From the human T2T-CHM13v2.0 reference genome, Homo sapiens, in the NCBI RefSeq assembly GCF_009914755.1, contig NC_060940.1: 64,000 nt of DNA; one strand, given 5' to 3'. Every line of letters begins with the position of its first letter. The first letter of the stretch is position 1. Position numbers and translations under genes: made by a program. This document shows positions 57,801 through 64,000 of the stretch, piece by piece. The notes beneath the pieces were generated by a model that was not told the DNA's origin, did not search any database, and saw only the letters and a list, made by a program, of their open reading frames with translations.

Positions 57801-60800
57801 ATGCAAACACCTAGGCAAGCCCAGATATTCTATTAAAAAAGACTCCCAGTGGGCCCCAGGCATTCTAATGGAAGAGACTGCTGGCTGACCCCAGGCAGTG
57901 TAATGATAAAGACACCTGGGTGAACACCGGCATTCTAACGAAAGAGACTCCTGGCCAACCAGAAGCAGTCTAATTATAGAGACACCTGGGTGACCACAGA
58001 CATTCTAATGAGAGAGACTCCCACCAACCTAAGACAGTCTAATGATAGAGAGACCAGGGCCATCACATGCATGCTAACACGGGGAACTCCCACCAAACTA
58101 AGGCAGTTTAATTACAGACACACCTGGGTGACCCCATGAATCATAATGGGAGAGACACCCATCTAACCCTGGGCAGTCTAATAATAGAGACATCTGAGCA
58201 ACTTCAGGTATTCTAATGGAAGAGACTCCTGGCAAACCCCAGGTGGTCTAATAATAGAGACACATGGATGACTTCAGGCATTCCAGTGGAAGAGACTCCT
58301 GGCCAGCCCCAGACGGTATAATAATAAAGATACTTGGGTTACCCCAGGCTTTCTAATAGGAGAGACTCCTGGCCAACCCCAGGCGGTCTAATAATAAAGA
58401 CACCTCGGTGACCCCAGGCTTTCTAATAGGAGAGACTCCTGGCCAACCCTGGGAAGTCTAATGATAGAGACACTTGGGTGACCCTAGACATTCTAATGAG
58501 ACACCCGGATGACCCAAGACATTCCAATTGGAACTACTGGCTGACCCCAGGTAGTCTAATGATAGAGGCATCAGGGCAACTTCAGATATTCTAATGGTGA
58601 CCCCAGCCATTTTAATGGGAGAGATTTCTGGCCAATCCCAGGCAGTCTAATGATAGAGACACCTGGTCTACCCCAGGCATTCGAATGGGAAAGACTCCCA
58701 GCAAGCCTTAAAAAGTCTAATGTTAGAGACACCTGTTAAAACCCAGGAATTCTAATGGGAAAGTCTCCCAGCCAATCCCAGGCATTCTAATGATAGGGAC
58801 AGAGGGGTGACCCAAGGCCTTCTAATGGAAGAGATTCCTGCCAACACCAGGCAGTATGATGACAGAGACACCTGGACGGCCCAAGGCATTCTGATGGAGA
58901 GACTCTTCGCCAACGCCAGGCAGTCTAATGATAGAGACACATGAGGGACCCAAGGCATTCTAATGGGAGAGACTCCCACTGACATCAGGCAGTATAATGA
59001 TAGAGAGAGCTGGGCGACAGCAAGCATTCAAATAGAAGAAACTCCTTGCCAATCCCAGGCAGTCTAATTATAGAGACACCTTGAAGACCCTAGGCATTCT
59101 AATAGGAGAGACTCTTGGCCAACCCCAGGCAATTTAATGATAGAGACACCTGGGTGACCCTAGGCATTCGAGTTGGTAGATTCCCACCTACTCCAGGCAG
59201 TCTAATGATAGAGACACCTGGGCGACCCCCAGCATTTCAATGAGAGAAACTCCAGGCTGACCCCGGCAATCTAATGAGAGAGACACCTGGGGAACCCCAA
59301 GCATTCTACTGAGAGAGACCCCTGGCTGACCTCAGGCGGTCTAATTATACAGACTCTTGGGTGACCCAAGGCATTCTAATGGGAGAGACTCCTAGCCAAC
59401 CCCAGGTAGTGCAATGATAGAGACAAGTGAGCGACCACAGTCATTCTAATGGGAGAGACTCCTTGCTGACCCCAGGCAGTCTAATGATAGAGACACCTGG
59501 GCGACTGCAGGCATTCTAATGAAAGAGACTTCTGGCTTACCCCAGGCATTCTAACAGGAAAGATTTCTTGCCAACGCAAGGCAGTCTAAGGATAGAGACA
59601 TCTGAGCGACCCCAGGCAATCTAATAGGAGAGACTCCTGGCCAACCGCAGGCAGTCTAATAAAGACAACTTGGCCACCACAGGTATTTTAACGGGAGAAA
59701 CTTCTGGCCAACCCCAGGCAGTCTAATGATAGGGACACCTTGATGACCCAAGGAATTATAATGCAAGAGACTCCCCCCGACTCCAGGCATTCTAGTGATA
59801 GAGATACATGGGCCATGCCAGGCATTCTAATGGGAGAGACTCCCGGGCGACCACAGGCATTCTAATGAGAGAGACACCAGAGAGAACCCAATGATTTTAA
59901 TGGAGAATCTCCTGTCTGACATCAGGCAGTCTAAGGATAGAAACCCATGGGCGACCCACAGGCATTCTACTGGGAGAGACTCCCGGCTGACCCCAGGCAG
60001 TCTGACGATAGAGACACCTGGGTGACACAAGGCATTTTAGTGGCAGGATCTCCTGGCCGACCCGAGGCAGTCTAATGATAGAGACACATGGGTGACACCA
60101 GGCTTTGTAATGACAGGAACTCCTGGCTGACCCCAAGCAGTCTTATGATAGAGACACTTGGGTAACATCAGGCTTTCTAATGGGAGATACTCTCTGCCTA
60201 CCCAAAGCAGTCTAATAGTAGAGACACCTGGGTAACCCCAGACATTCTAATGCAAGAGATTCCTGGCCAACCCCTGGTACTCTAATGATAGAGACACCTA
60301 GGCCACCCCAGACATCATAATGGGAGAGAGACCTGGTAGACCCCGGCAGACTAATCATAGAGACCCCTGGGTGACCCCAGAAATTCTAATGAGAGGCTCC
60401 CAGCTGACCCCAGACACTCTAATGATAGACACACCTGAGGGAACCCCAGGCATTTTAATGGAAAAGACTCCCAGCCAACCCAAGGTAGTCCAATGATAGG
60501 GACACATGGGTGGAACCAGGCATTCTAATGGGAGAGACTCCAGGGTGACCCACATCATTCTAATGTTAGAGACTCCCGGCCGACCACAAGCAGTGTAAAA
60601 ATAGAGACACTTGGATGAACATAGGCATTCTAAAGAGAGAGACTCCCGGCTGACCCCAAGCAGTGTAAAAATAGAGACACTTGGATGAACATAGACATTC
60701 TAAAGAGAGAGACTCCCGGCCGACCCCAAGCAGTATAATGACAGAGACACTTGGGCGATCCCAAGCATTCGAATGGGAGAGTCTCCTGGCAGACCATAAG

Positions 60801-63800
60801 CTGCCTAATTATTTAGACACCCAGGCGACCCAAGGCATTCTAGTGGGAAAGACTACCAACTGACCGCAGGCTTTCTAATGAAAGGGACTCTTCTCTGAAC
60901 CAAGGCAGTCTAAAATAGAGACACCTGGTCAATCCCAGACATTCTAATGAGAGAGACTTCCAGCTGATCCCAGGCTGTATAATGATAGAGACATTTGGGT
61001 GATACCAGGCATTTTAATGGGAAAGACCATTAGAATGCCTGGCTGAAACCACGCATTCTAATGAAAAAGACTCCTGGCCGACCCCAGGCAGCCAAATGAT
61101 AGAGACACCTGGGCAACCCCAGGCATTCTAATGGGAGAGACTCCCAGCCGACCCCAGGCATTCTAATGAGACCCATGGGTTACCCAGGAATTCTAATAAT
61201 AGAGGCATCTTTGTGACCCCAGGCATTCTAATGAGAGAGACTCCTGGGCGAACCAAGCATTCTAATGAGAGAGACTCCTGGCTGAACGCAGGCGGTCTTA
61301 TGATGGAGACACCTATGCAACCCCAGGCATTCTAATAGAAGTGACTTCTGGATGACCACAACTAGTCTAATGATGGAGACACCTGTGCGACCCCAGGCAT
61401 TATAATGAGACTCCTTGCCGACCACAGGCAGTGTAATTATAAAGATGCCTGTGTGACCCCAGGTGTTCTAACGGAAGAGGCTTTCAGCCAACCCCAGGCA
61501 GTCTAAAGATAGAAAAACCTGGGTGACCCCAGGCTTTCTAATGATAGAGACACCTGGGTGAACCCAGGCATTCTAATGAAAGAGACTTCGGCTGACTCCA
61601 GGCATTCTAATAAAAGAGACTCCTAGCTGACCCCAGGCAGTCTAATGATAGAATCACCAGAGCGACCCTAGGCATTCTAAAAGGAGAGACTCCCAGCCGA
61701 CGGTAGGCAGTTTAATGAATGAGACACCTGGGCGATTTCAGGCATTTTAATGGGAGAGACTCCTGGTTGACCACAGGCAGTGTAATTATAAAGACACCTT
61801 GGTGATCCTAGGCATTCTAATGGGGGAGACTCCTGCCCAACCATAGGCAGTCTAATGATAGAAACACCTGGGCTACCTCAAGAATTCTAATGATAGAGAT
61901 ACCTGGGCGACCCCAGGCATTCGAATGAGAGAGACTCCCAGCCAATCCCAGGCATTCTAATGATACAGACACCTGGGTGACCTTAGGCATTCTAGTGGGA
62001 GAGACCACTGTCTGACGAAAGGCCGTCTAATGAGAGAGACACCTGCTCAACCCCAGACATTCTAATGGGAGAGACTCCTGGCTGACCCCAAGCATCCTGA
62101 TAATAAAGAAATCTGAACCACCTGTTGCATTTTAACGATTGAAACACCTGGGCGACCCCAGGCATTCTAATGGGAGAGACTCCTGGCCCACACCAGGCAG
62201 TCTAGTGATGGAGAAACTTGGGTGACCCCAGACACTCAAATGGGAGAGACTCCTGGCCAACCCCAGGCAATCTAATAATAGAAACACCTGGGTAACCACA
62301 GGAATTCTAATGAAAGAGACTCCCAGCCAACATTAGGCAGTCTAATGATAGAGAAACCTTGGTATACCTAGGCATTTTAATGAGTCTCCTAACCAACAGC
62401 AGGAAGTCTAATAGTAGAGACAATTTGGTGACCCCAGGCATTCTAATAAGAAAGACTCCTGGCCAACCCCAGGCATTCTAATGACAGGGACACTTGGACG
62501 ACCTTAGGCATTCTAATAGGAGAGAGTCTTGGCTGACCCAAGGCCATCTAGTACAGAGACAGCTTGGCGACCACAAGCATTATAATGGAAGAGGCTCCTG
62601 GCCAACCACAGGCAGTCTAATTATAGAGACAACTGGGCGACCTCAGGCATTCTAATAAGAGATTTTTTTTTTTTGCCAACCCCAGGCAGTCTAATGATAG
62701 AGAAACCTGGGCGACCCCAGGCATTCTAATGAGAGAGACTTCAAACCGACCACAGGCATTCAAATAATAGAGACACCTGGCCAACCCCAGGCATTCTAAT
62801 GAAAGAGACTCCTGGGCAACCCCAGACATTTTAATAAGACAGACTGCTGGCTGACCCCAGGCAGTATAATGATAGAGACACCTTGGTGACCTCAGGCATT
62901 CTAATAGAAGAGACTCCCAACCAACACCAGGCATTCTAATGGGAGAGACTCTTTGCCCACCCCAGGCAGTCTAATGCTAGAGATATATGGGCGACCCCAG
63001 GCATTCTAATGGTGGAGACTCCTGGCCAGCCTAAGGCAGTCTAATAATAGAGAGGCTTGATTGATCCCAGGCATTCTAATGGAAGAGACTCCTGGCCTAC
63101 CCAAAGCAATCTAATTACAGAGATACCATGGTGACCCCAGGCATTCTAATGGGAAAGACTCCCAGTGGACCCCAAGTATTAGTATGAAAGAGACACCTGG
63201 GTGACCCCAGTCATTCTAATGGGACACACTCCTTGCCCACCCCAGGCAGTCTAAAAATAGAGACACCACGGCGACCCCAGGAGTTTTAATGGGAGAGTCT
63301 TCTGGCCGAGCCCAGGCAGTCTAATTATAGAGACACTGGAACGACCCCACGCATTCTAATGGAAGAGACTTTTGGCTGACCCCAGGGATTCTAATGAGAA
63401 AGACTCTCAGCCAGCCCCAGGCAGTCTAAGTATAGACACCTGGGCGACCCCAGGCTTTCTAATTTGAGAGACTCCTGGCCGACCCCAGGCATTCTAATGA
63501 TACAGACACCTGGGCAACCCCTGGCATTCTAATGGGAGAGATTCCTGGCTGACCACAGGCAGCTGAATGATAAAGATACCTGAGCAACTCCAGGTATTGT
63601 AATGAGAGAGACTCCCAGGCTGACCCCAAGCATTCTAATAATAGAGACACCTGGTGACCCCAGGCATTCAAATGATAGAGACTTCTGAGTGAACCCAGGC
63701 CTTCTAATGAGACAGACTCCTGGCCAACCCCAGGCATTCTTATGATAGAGTAATCTGGGCCACCCCAGACATTCTAATGGGAGAGATGCTGGGACAAATC

Positions 63801-64000
63801 CAGGAAGTCTAATTATAGAGACATCTGGGCAACCTCAGGCATTCTAATGATAAAGACTTCCGGCCAATGTAAAGCTGCTTAATGATAGACCTCGGCGTCC
63901 CAGGCATTTTAATGGGATTGACTCCTGGCTGACCACCAGCAGTTTAATGATAGAGTCATCTGTGCGACCCTATGCATTCTAATGAGACAGGCTTATAGCT
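54873..64000. repeat. 35-bp HSAT4-type satellite, block 3
   Basis: Same 35/70-bp monomers and the same orientation as blocks 1 and 2. Confidence 0.88.

Overview
This is primate (ape-like) pericentromeric DNA with no cellular gene. In order it holds: a GC-rich gamma-like satellite with a ~253-bp monomer (1-16567), interrupted in phase by a near full-length, env-containing but inactivated HERV-H provirus (4789-14131); a 35-bp HSAT4-type satellite (16568-39827 and 54873-64000), interrupted by a deleted tRNA-Ile-primed ERV1 (HERV-I/LTR10-like, 27096-35476) whose 3' LTR holds a full-length L1PA5-like LINE; and a 15-kb island of old monomeric alpha satellite (39828-54873) with three Alus and a 5'-inverted L1PA3-like LINE. 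This satellite combination resembles the described Xp pericentromere, which I cannot confirm from sequence alone. The most unusual item is the HERV-I-like provirus: it has no normal 5' LTR but starts with an inverted R-U5 fold-back, giving U5 ends on both sides inside a perfect 5-bp TSD. That matches a self-primed minus-strand strong-stop DNA used in place of plus-strand strong-stop DNA. Second is an ~830-bp segment after HERV-H env carrying a splice acceptor and a 153-codon ORF. Subfamily names come from recalled consensus features, not database searches.
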